Shown here: one piece after another, positions 50,989 through 61,980 of the stretch
How the letters are laid out: each line of letters opens with the position of its first letter
Numbering within the stretch: the first letter of the stretch is position 1
Assembly: GCA_013239625.1 (NCBI GenBank)
Contig: MU053994.1
Coordinates: 375,775-439,774 of the forward strand
DNA length: 64,000 nucleotides
Direction of reading: 5' to 3'
Source: Lama guanicoe
Lineage: Eukaryota
The notes under the pieces: model-generated
The model's database searches: none
What the model was told of the DNA's origin: nothing
What the model saw: the letters and a program-made list of their open reading frames with translations, nothing else
Program-made: the position numbers and the translations under genes

Positions 50989-53900
50989 TTCCTTATGCAT
51001 TTAGGCTGTTGACTTTGCAAATCTCACTGTAGAAATGTATATCTCTATCATTCCATTGCTTTCAGGATTTGCATTCTTTGGGTATCAGTAAGTTTCACAA
51101 GGTAATGAGGTCAGATCTCCTTCAGCACTGGATCCATGTGCCAACCCAGTACATAGTAGTGGGGGTCATGTGAAAATAGTATGATCCCTGCCTGGCGAAG
51201 CTCAGAGATTTGCAAGTGGAGAGAAGCCTGTAAAGAGGTAAGCAGACACAGTGGATTGAGTGCTGTGATAGGGCGTACATAGTAGGTGCTCAGTTAATAT
51301 TTGCTGAATGACTGAATGAAATGTGAGCCAATGTACTAACTCTTCCTCTTGTCATGATAAGCTTATCATATTCTTCGATGAAGTTAGCAACTACAGGCTT
51401 AAAGTGGTTTCAAGGAAAGATGGAGATATTTGTCATCTTATAATGAGAAGGTTTCCTTAACTCTTCCATGAGCAAACTGGCCGAAACAGAAGAAAACACT
51501 GAACCCATTAGTTTCCAGATTTCTTTTTATGGGAGTGGAGAATGAGACCCAAGAGTCATTTTCATTTTAACTGTCTCTTGATGATTGAGCCATGACAGTC
51601 ACATTGCTTCTTCTCTGGCTCTTAAATTTAACAGAGAAGCATCATTTAGGCCTCAAGGAATCTAACTCAGTAGTGATGAAATGTTGATGATTTGGGAATG
51701 ATAAATAACTCGTCTCACCTTGCTACTCCCCCCAGATTAAAGTCCTTAGTGGCTGGATTTGAACTATTTCACAATTTTGTCATTAGCCATGCAACAATGT
51801 CTTAATGGTCATTTGCATGTAGCACTAGACACAGAAAAATTCTATTTCTTGCTTTATTTTGAAGAGTTTAGAATATTTTGTTTACTGACATTCATTCTTA
51901 AAAAGATTTCTACTTTACTTTGAAAAAATAACTGCTTACTCACTCAGTATTGTGGGATTTAAAAATTTTTCTCATTTTAATTTTTTTCACACATTATTCA
52001 GTGCTGGTTTAGTTATGATTGTGCTCAAGACAGAGCATGTTAGATGAAGAAAGTTCACAGCCTTGCAGGGGAAGAGAGACCAGTGAGCAGGCTAGAGCAG
52101 TGACTTCAGTGCCATCACAGATCAGGAAAAGAGAAAATCTCTGCCTTGAGAAGTCAATGGAGACTTTAAGAGAATATCACATTTTACTTGGTCTTAGGGG
52201 ATGGGGAAACATTTTGTAGATCTCAGGGAGAAAGAAGGGAGCTTGGAAGTTGGGAAAGGGAGGGAGAGTGGAAGTAGGAAGGATATTCCAGGCAAAGGGG
52301 AAAGCAGGTACGCAATCAGAGATCGTGGCAGGCCACGGAATATTCTGGATAGATAAGCAGGGGCAGAAGCATTGGTTTGTGTGGGGAGGAGGAGGTGGGA
52401 TGAAGAGCCCTGTGGGATGTGCTGAGAGCTTGTACTCAGATTTACAGGACAGCAGAGACTGAACGATAGGGGAACACTGTTGTGGCCACCTTTACTATAC
52501 AGGATAGACTCCCACCCCAAACTTGGTTAAGATGCAGAGATGAACAGTGGGTCTCTCTCTCTCTCTCAGACACACACACGAGGGTATGAACAGATACATC
52601 AATCACATCATGAGGCTTTCTGGGCAGATCAGGGTAGTCCCCAAGTAGGTCCAAAAATGGGTTGAGAGAGAGAACAGGGAGAGAAGACCGGCTTGGGGTC
52701 TTACGGTGGTTAGGTTTTCATGGTGGGGTCAGAGTAAGAGTTCCCAGCCATGGGAAGGGGCTTGTATGGTTTAAATATCTCAGTAGCACTGAAGGAAGGA
52801 GCATCCAGACTTTCTTACAAGCTTGTCCACTTGTGGACCAGAAGGAGAAGAGGGTGGGGTGAGGCTGAAAAGCTGTTAGCAGTCAAATATCGAAAACTGA
52901 GGACATTGCACCAGCATGATCAGATTTCAGGGGAAAAAAGGAGCAGTGAGGAGATAACCTGGAAAAGGACGAGTCTAGACCAGAGGAACCTGCAAGAGAC
53001 TGTGGCGAGTCCCCAGGCCAAAGGACGTGAGGACCCGAACTGTGCCAGTGAAAAAAGGATGGTTTGAGGAATGTTTCTGAGGAAGATTTGAGATTTGGTA
53101 CCCAGTGAACATGGTAGTGAGTGAGAGAGGCTGCTCCAGGATGACTTGGGGAGCTGTTTGTACAGCTGGAGGACAGTGAAAAGTAGAGTGGGATATATGG
53201 GAGGAGGGCCAGGTGGGGAGGAGGAGACGCTGAGTTGTTTCAGTTTCATGTGTTCGGAAATGTAGTGGCCTAGAACCACCTCATCCTTGGAGAAATGCAC
53301 AACAGTAGTTCCAGAATCTGCCTTTTTCTAGGTCACCTTGAGTATAGGTGGTCACATACGGTAATGCTAAAATTAAAGGCCCTCTGGGAAGCCCAACTGA
53401 GCATGATTTTCTTTTCGATTTCTAAGGAACTTATATTGTCTCTTATTACAAAAGTAATACCTATTTCACGTAAACAATTATGGAATATAGACAAATATAG
53501 ACAGGAAAATAAAAATGCCCCAAAGTCCTTCTGTGTGGAAATGATAACTAATATATTAGTATATTATTTTCTAGAGGGTACCATTGGAGACCAAATATGA
53601 GAAAAACTTAAAAAAAGTGAGAAGAAGCTTCAAAGAGGAAGTAATGTTTCATCTGGATCTTTGAGGATTTTGAGGACATTTGCTGACCATAGAGGGGGGA
53701 GAAGAGGGGCTGAGAGTGGAGGTATAAGAGAATAAAGAAGGATACACATTTTAGAGTTGTGAGCATATGGTTCATTACGTTATATAACCCAATATTTTAA
53801 CTTAATATATTATTGAACTTAATATATCATGAGTATAGCTTTTAAGTGAAATTTTTGCAGTGAAATAGATACATAGGAAATACATCGTATCATGTCTCTT

Positions 53901-55169
53901 ACCTTTAGGAGACACCAAATTGGAGATTTTTGAAGCTCCTCTCAAACTGCTGTTTGGGGAATGTGAGCTAGCCTGCTACAACAGTCTGTTACCACCAACT
54001 CACTGTCAGTTTCTGAGCATTGGGCTTGCTGGCTTCCCCTTTGATCCAGGCCCCAGAGATCAGCAAATGAGATTGCCTGAATAGGTATTTTCCCCTGTAT
54101 TTGAAACTTCTGATATGTTGATAAATATTTCAATTTTTCAGTTGTTGCAATTAAAGATCTCTATAGATCAAAAATTAGACTTAGAATTTCCAAGAACTCA
54201 GAAAGTTAACTGTAAGGTGTTTTTTTTTGTTTTGTTTTGTTTTTTCAGTTTCGTTGGGTAATCATTGGCATACACACCAGGATATAAGTTTAAGGCATAC
54301 AGCATGATGGTTTGATTTACATACATTCTGAAATGATTACCACAATAGGTTCAGCTAGCATCCATCATGCAAGTTTGCTTTGGAAACAATTTGGATATAT
54401 TTGTGGCAGAGAAGTCAACTGCTAGGCCCCAGGTATGTGTGCTCTTGTGGGTCAAGAAAAGGGTTTCTGTGATGGAAAAAAACTTTTGCTGATAATGCTG
54501 TTGGATTCTTCAGTTATCTTTATTAGAAGATTCGATTGATAGTTAGATGTGATGAATTTCCCGTTCAGTGATTTTGACATTTTGTTTGTATTATGGGTGA
54601 AGTATACCAGATAGTCTATATTTCTGACTCTGGAGTGAAAGCAAGGAATTTCTTTGATGTGACACTACCCACTCCTCTTTGTCTCACTTTCTATGTCAGA
54701 CTTGATCAGATGTTTGGAGAAGGAGCTCACTCTGCAAGTTGAGTTTTCAAATGCAGTAATGATTCCTCTCAATTAAAAGCAGATCTTCAATCTTGTTTTG
54801 CTTGCTACTGTGAATTGTGAGAGTCTTTGTTTTTCTAAATGATCAGCCATTTCCTATTGCCTAAAGAAGTAAACTTTATGTAAGCCTCTCCATAAGTCAG
54901 ATTCTTCTAGTGCAACTCATTTTATGAGAATCACTTTTGGAAACTGCTTGAAGTGTTTTCTGTCTCCAGGATTATTTACCATGAAGTGATTTAATGCACT
55001 AAATTGCTAGGGTGGTTTCAGTTACAAAAGAGGGAATGCTCTGGATTCCACAAGAAGTATTGAGAGCCTGGGGTTCTAGTTCCATGAGTAAGTGGTATGT
55101 ATCAGTTATCTATATAATAATGCTATGTAATAAACTACCAAACCTTAGTAACTTACAAATCACAACCAG

Positions 55170-57395
55170 AGTTCCACTTCAAGTAGGGAAGTGAGACATG
55201 CTATGTAGACCAGCTCTGCAGAAAACTGATGAAAATTATTTTTAAAACAACCATTTAACATCTCTGAAAATGGTCCTAAGGGCATATAACAAATGAAGAA
55301 AATTTATTGAAGGAAATCTATTTAAACATGGATATAGCAGCAAGTGTCTAAGGTATTTGAACTGATACCCACTCCATCTTTCTTTCCTCCCCCTCGGTAA
55401 AATGGAAACTCCACTCAGGACTGGTGCAGCAAAGGACGCAGGGCTCTTCCCTCCAGCTCCTAGTCCAAGGGCTGTCTTTAAGGGAGGGGCAGGACGTCAG
55501 CGTTTCTCATTCTACCCCTAGCTCTTTGTTACGAGGCTGTGTTCTGGGCAAGTGTGGCTGAGAGATGGGGGCTTGCTTCTTCCTCCCAACCCCACCTCAG
55601 GGGATGGAGGTTCTACCTTGGTTGCAGTGTCACTGAGTATTACTGGGACCTGATCACCCTTCCATGGATTGTTATCCGCGTGTGATCCACACTAAGAGAG
55701 GCAAACTGAGAAGTCTTGAGCTACTTCACCCTCAAGTGTTCAGCTCCTAAAATGGGGTATCACTCTGAGAAAAGTGTCCCATTGTCCCCACTCTCAGCTC
55801 CAGAGCTGTGGCTCATAGAATTGCCCTGGAGGTGAAACAGGCCATAAGAGAAAACACCGAGTCTCTCACGAAAGAAACTGATTTCATTTGCAACAGAATG
55901 TAGAGAAGTTCAAACCTAAGGGCACTCTCAAAAACAATGGACGTTGTGATGAAAGGCAGTTGGGAAAAGATTGGTATATTAATTGGAGATCTAGACTAAA
56001 CTACAGGCTGGCTAGTTTTCTGGAGAGAAGCTGAGAAAGCAACACCTAGTGGGAACCTTCCTGGAGAGAGAAAGAACTTAAATATTGACCTAAACAACTT
56101 ACCTTTCAAGAGAGCCTGGATTCAATTGTATCAGTTTATGGTACAATTTATGCCCTCAGGGAATTGATGGAGCTTACCAGTTGGGTTTGATCAGAGAAAG
56201 AGACAGAATGTTCTGCCAAAACCAATGCCATCCCAGGGTGACTAGTGTCATCCCCAAGTCTACACCCCATGAAGAACATCAGAGGCTTCACAATGTGAGG
56301 GGAGGCTATAGACTTCACTACAATTATCCAGCCAATCACTAAACAATTAAACAGAGAAATAATATAAGCACATGGTGGGACCAATATCCAGAGTTGCTAT
56401 AATATATCTAAGATTTCCAATTTCTGACAAAAAAATTGATATATGCAAAGAAACAGAAAAGTATGACCTATACACCAGAACAAAAACAGGCAGCAGAAAC
56501 TTGAGAGCGACCAGATGTGGCATTTAATAGACAAAAGACTTCAAAGTTACCTTATAAATATGTTCAAAGGACTAAAGGAAACCATGATTAAAGAAGTAAA
56601 GGGAGATATGGTGACAATACTATGTCAACTGGAGAATATGAATAAAGAAATCAAAGTCATAAAAAGGAGCCAAGTGGAAATTCTGGAGTTGAAAATTACA
56701 ATAACTGAAATGAAAAATTCACTAAAGGGTTGACCACTAGATTTGAACTGGCAGAAGAAAGAATCAGTGAACTTGATGATAGGACAATTGAAGTTTCCTA
56801 GTTTGGGGAGCAGAAAGGAAAAGGATGAAGAAAAATGAAAGGAAGTTATTTAGGCTGAAAGCAAGAAACTCCAGGCAGTAATTCATATCTGTACCTCTCC
56901 CCCCAAAAAAGTACTGGTAAAGGTAATTGTAATTTTAAGAGACAGTATAGATGTATATTTATTTTCCTTTCTTTTTTTTTTTCTTTTTCCCTGGAAACCA
57001 CAAATCTGTATTCTCTGTCTGTGAGTCTATTTCTGTCCTGTATTTTCCTTTCTTAAGTGACTTAAAAATTGATTGTGTAATGTACTGTTGTGCATATAAG
57101 ATATGAAAATGTAATATATATACATATATTCCAATAGCAGCACAAAGGGAATGGGTGGAAGCAAAGCTGTATTAAGAAAATGACTCTGGATGGTAAATAG
57201 AATCCATGGGAACAAGTGGAGAGAACCATAGATGACAAATAAGGCTAGGTAATATAACAAAATCTATAAATACATGTTTGTTCCTCTCCTTTAAAGTCAT
57301 AAAGATATACAATTATATAAAGTAATTATTATGGCAATGTATTATTGATTTTGTAGAATTTATAGATTTAATATATATAACCTAAGACCACAAAA
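55170..57395 (+). mobile_element. Old L1M 5' UTR/ORF1 remnant inside an MLT1 LTR (~55097-55168 and ~57400-57772)
   Basis: ORF1-like INMFKGLKETMIKEVK...EILELKITITEMKNSL at 56515-56733; MLT1-like halves on either side. Confidence 0.7.
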
Positions 57396-58231
57396 AGGGG
57401 GTGAGTTGACTTTGTTGATCATGGCTGAGCTCACCTATCTAAGGCCTTAGAAGGAACATCTGGCTGACTTGGCTCAACTCCACGTGATGTCTCATCCTCC
57501 AGCAGCCTAGCTTATGCCTGTTGACATGACAGAAGTAGGTATGTCAAGTAAGAGTAAAAGAACGCAAAGTCTCTTGAGGACCAGGCCCATTACTAGTCCT
57601 CCATCACTTCCCCATTGTATTCCCCCAGTAAGTAGTAAAGCCAGCCCAGATTTAAGAGGTGGGGGTATAGGCACCATGTCTTGATTAGAGGAGCTGCAAA
57701 GTCACATTTTTTTAATGTGGATATAGAGAGAATGGGATAATTGTGGCCACTTCTGCAAACAACGTACTGCACAGTGTTACCGCCATTCATCCTACACTTC
57801 CTCGCTCTCTTAGAACCTTTTTCTCTTTTAACGTGGATTAATTTTTAAAAAACATGTATATGTGAATTATGTCTGTGTGTATCCAGGTCTGAGAGATGGA
57901 ACCAAATGTGAGGAAGTCTATTAAAGTCCAGATTCTTCATTGCTTGTGGGTGGATACAAGGTCATCTCGATCTCCCTTCTTTCTTGCACTCAAGTTCAGT
58001 TACACTTACTAGCTTTGATTCAAAACACACCAAGTGCTTTACCACTTTAGAGATTTGCCCATGCCATCTTTCTGGAGGTTCTTTCTCTTACCACTTTTCT
58101 ATTTCATTCCCTATTCTTGTGCCAGTTCTCAGTTTTAACCTTCCTTGGAGGACTGTTCTTGATTATTTCATCTAAGCTACATCTCCTCATTGTACCTTAA
58201 AGTAATGTATTTGTAATGTACATTTTTAATG

Positions 58232-58450
58232 TAGTGTTCTCAATTGAGGAGGATGATTTTGCCTTCTAGGGGGCATTTGACAGTGTCTTTAGATACATTT
58301 TGGCATCACAAGTGGAGGGTGCTGTTATTACCTAGTGGACAGAGGCCAGCGACATTGCTAAATATCCTACCATGCCAGGAACAGCCCTGATGCCCCCAAA
58401 CAGTTAGCCAGTCCAAAATGTCAGTAGTGCTGAGGCTGATAAAAATCCTG
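58232..58450. mobile_element. MER20-like hAT MITE
   Basis: tgattttgccttctagggggcatttgacagtgtc...agaggccagcgacattgctaaatatcctac...ccaaaatgtcagtagtgctgaggctga. Confidence 0.8.
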
Positions 58451-58454
58451 GATT

Positions 58455-59565
58455 ACCTTGAACAGTTAGTAGAAAAATGCCTGTTAAAAGTGCTCTTGGT
58501 GAGGGCTCAAAGTGTAGTGAGGAGCATAGTAAAGAAAGCCTGTATTGTCTTAAAGAATACTTAAGTTATCCCAGGCAGACTATCGATAGAAATATGAGCA
58601 TCAAAGGTGTTGCTGGTGAAGGTTTACAAGGAAGTTTGGAACATGATATTGGAAATTGGAGGACAGGGGATTCTTGTCACACAGTCACAGAAATCTCAGC
58701 TGAATTGTGTCCTATAGTTATGTGGAAAACAGAACTTGTAAGCAATGAATTGAAAATTGAGCTGAGCAGATTTCCAAGGGACGTGTTGAAGGCACGCCCT
58801 TGTTTCTTCTTGCTACTACTGGTAAAAATGCCAGAGGAAAGACATAAATTGAGGGAAGAACCATTAAGCAAAAAGGAACCAGGACTTGAACATATGAGAA
58901 ATTAGCTGTCTATCCAGATTGCGAGAGACATTAAAATTAGAGGATCGACTGTCAGGAAAGTGTCCTGTAGAGATAAAATCAAGGATGTAGGTAGACATTC
59001 TTTTGCTAGTACCTCTGAGGGATCCAACATGAGAGTATTCAGAGGGCTCCTTGGAGCAAAATCAGCTGTGAATCATGGATGACACCAGCCATCTCAGCAG
59101 AAGCAAGAACAGAGATGGGATTTCCCAGAAGGGATCTCTGAACCAGCCTCTTTGTCTAAGGGCCTGAATCCCCAAGACATACATGAGAGACTACAAGATT
59201 TTCGAGTATGTTGAATTAGCATTAACAATGCCATCCCTAGAAAATGAAATGAAAGAAGGCTGTGGGACTCCCAAAATTTGGCAAGCAGAAAACAGGCTGA
59301 TAAAACTATTCAGTTGCTAACATGTGCTCCATTCAGAATAAAGGCAAGATGATTCTGAAGGCGGAGCCTAGCGACTAGAGGGCAGAGCTGCTGAGGACCT
59401 ATCATGAGATCAGAGGGAGGAGCCTCAAACCACAAAGGATTATTCCCAGACCTGGAAACCTATGGAGATGTGCCTGCTTGGATATTGAAATTACATTGAA
59501 ATTGCTTGGATCAGGGTCCTTCCTTCCTCCTTTCTCTTTTGGAAGGGAAATAGCTGTAACTCTTA
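58455..59565 (+). mobile_element. MaLR internal region (MLT1-int-like)
   Basis: ORF 58477-58905 contains IGNWRTGDSCHTVTEISAELC, resembling the MaLR internal ORF motif GNWRKGxxCY...LAELC. Confidence 0.75.
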
Positions 59566-60239
59566 TCAGCTGTTGATGAACCCAAAACAAAGTGGAAGCA
59601 CAAAATTAGTGGGGAGGAAAATTAAAATGAGAAAACAATAGAAAGAAACATCTCTTGGTGCTTTGGCCTAGGACAGCCAAGAAAAGACACGTCTGGGCTT
59701 AAACTGGGTACCGAGTACACTTTTCCCTCTCTCTACCTTATTTCCCTCATTCTGAGAGATTAATTATGGAGCAACTCATTGTAACTTCTGAAATAATCAG
59801 AAGATACTTTTCAAACTGTGTAAAATCAAGACACTCCTAAGAGACATAATAGGAACATGAGTTAAAAGATTCTACTTACTCAGTGAGGGAATGGGAAAAT
59901 AATATAACTGGTTCAAAAGAGAATCCAAACATTCAATACAGGAATATTGATCAAGAATATTTCAATGAATGTGTACGTGGAAGCAAAACTGGTTTTGTTA
60001 CATCCTGAGAGGGGAACAATTCAATCTCTACTAGACAGGCTGTTGCATAGGTTTGTCAGTAACCTGCAACTAACAAAAGGTTGTAAAAGACCTCAAAGAC
60101 AATGTAAGACTAGAATCAGATAATGTGGTGTGATGTCCTAAAGACAGGGAAAAGTTTCCATGGAAACATGCATTTATTTCTACAGTGTTAAAGTCAAGCA
60201 GAAAATTACAGCTCCCTCAATATCAGGGTCCAGTCAGAG

Positions 60240-60374
60240 TGACCAGGTACCGGTCATGGACGTGTGTTGGCTGAGGCCTGATTAAGGCACAGTTGAAACC
60301 CGTGACATCCCAAAGTCTAGGATGTCACAGAGGCAGCTTGCTGACCAATGAGGGGCTGAGCTTGGGGATATAAT
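60240..60374 (+). promoter_or_regulatory. H2AP proximal promoter
   Basis: CCAAT 60345-60349; TATAAT 60369-60374, about 90 nt upstream of the ATG; inverted repeat GTGACATCC/GGATGTCAC 60302-60328. Confidence 0.6.
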
Positions 60375-60460
60375 GAGCAGGGCCCAGTGCAGGTGTCTTG
60401 AGAACCCAGTGCTGCAGGGAAGTCAAGCAGAGCTGATTGAAGCCAAAGCCAACAAACATC

Positions 60461-60796
60461 ATGTCTGAGCAACAAAGCCACTCCTGTCAGACCCCTGCCG
60501 ATCTTGGAACAACCGAGCTCCAGTTCCCTGTGAGCTACGTGGACTGCCTTCTGCAGGAGGATCAGTATGTCCATACTCTGAGTTCATCCACAACAGATTT
60601 TCTCTTCTCCACGCTTGACTACCTGACCGACTACATCCTTGATCTGGTACGCACCGAGGCCAACACTGGCGGCATGCAGACCACCTCACAAGATGTGGAG
60701 GGAGCAGTTGACAACAACGCAGAGCCCCATCGCCAAGTGAAGGATACAGCCTATGTTCTCTTTGATGAGATGCCTGGATCCAGAAGGAACGGCTGA
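60461..60796 (+). CDS. H2AP: Short histone H2A variant H2A.P (huntingtin-interacting protein M), 111 aa, single exon
   Basis: ATG at 60461 (aacatcATG) to TGA at 60796. ELQFPVSYVDCLL and LDYLTDYILDL align to H2A GLQFPVGRVHRLL and LEYLTAEILEL. TSQDVEGAVDNNAEPH and LFDEMPGSRRNG match recalled human HYPM (TSQDREREVDNNREPH, LFDEMPKSRKND). The ORF track's TTG start at 60437 is an upstream extension. Confidence 0.93.
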   Translation: MSEQQSHSCQTPADLGTTELQFPVSYVDCLLQEDQYVHTLSSSTTDFLFSTLDYLTDYILDLVRTEANTGGMQTTSQDVEGAVDNNAEPHRQVKDTAYVLFDEMPGSRRNG

Positions 60797-60905
60797 AGCC
60801 TGGGTCCCAGAGCCTGACAGGAGTCTTCACAGCCTCAGCCTTAGCCGCAGCCCCAGCCAACACTTCTCAGCTGAGGATCCTTGACTTCTGTCATCAGCAA
60901 ATAGT

Positions 60906-60911
60906 ATTAAA
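60906..60911 (+). terminator. H2AP polyadenylation signal ATTAAA
   Basis: 110 nt after the stop codon, followed by a T/C-rich stretch; no canonical histone stem-loop seen, consistent with a polyadenylated variant. Confidence 0.65.
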
Positions 60912-61667
60912 GGATTTAAATCCTTGGCTCTGATTCTGACTCCTCTCTGCTTCTCATTCTCAGTTGAGGCGCCTGTAGGACATCCAGGAGGGGCTGTGGG
61001 GGTTGGGGGTGGAAGGTGTGGTCAGGGTGGGATGCTGGAATCCATGATTTCAGGGAGCGGTTTCCAATGGTGACGGTGCGGGGAGTGGTCCTGGTGGGAG
61101 GAGCTGGCCGAGGTTGTTGAGGAAGAGGACTTCCACACTGGCTCTGAGGGGGTCCAGGCTTGTGAGGCTGGGAGGTGGGCGGGGATTCCTAGGCACATTG
61201 AATTTCCCAGAGTGATGGTGGTAACGGGGGAGGGGCTGAAAACCGTGACCCGCCGAGGTGCTGAAGGCTTTATTCATGATGGGGACCCTCTAGAAGTGGG
61301 AGGTGATGACAACTGGGGGGTGGGTGCAGGGGATGATGGAGCAGTTGTCGTGAACCTGGTGGGACAGGGCTTGTACATGAAGATGGAGGAGTGATGGGGA
61401 AACCATGATGAAATACACAGAAAAGAAATTACAGTCTGGTTCATTTCATTTACTTATATTATGCCTCACTCCAAAGAAAGAATTGAGACAGGTAATATTA
61501 GTGCTGTATTTTCTCTGGAACATATCCTTCTGTCCGCTTGGGGACACTAGTAAATTAGGTTGGGCCAGGTTCTCACATGATTGCTGGATGCCTAGTCCTC
61601 TGGCTGTGCAAACCACGGCCTGCTGAACCTTGTGGGGAGACAGAGGGTGCCATGCAGGGGGAGAAGC

Positions 61668-61980
61668 TGTTGCCGAGTCCAAACTCATTCTGCTCGCTGC
61701 ACGACAGGCCAATAAATCAGGAGATGAGGTGTTGGGGCAAGGAATAGCGACTTTATTCAGAAAGCCAGCAGACCAAGAGGATGGCAGACTAATGTCTTGG
61801 AGAACCATCCTCCTCTAGTCAGAATACAGGCTCCTTTTATACAAAAAACAAGGGAAAGGGTGTGGTTGGTTGTTGTAATCTTCTTACTGCAGGCATTCTT
61901 TGCTTTTTCAGCCATCCACGTGGGCCAGGTCATGGTGTCCCTGTAAACCTCCAACAAAACAAAGGTTATTCTCTACTACA
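61668..61980 (-). mobile_element. Class I ERV 3' LTR
   Basis: TG...CA termini; minus-strand TATAAAA (~61836-61842) and AATAAA (61752-61757); adjacent polypurine tract GACAGTGGGGAAT (61981-61993 on -). Confidence 0.8.

Noticed and set aside
58477..58905. 142-aa ORF as a host gene
   Set aside because: MaLR internal ORF remnant that appears to shift frame; no sign of domestication
60459..60863. 134-aa antisense ORF over H2AP
   Set aside because: Shadow ORF with a non-ATG start and no recognisable homology
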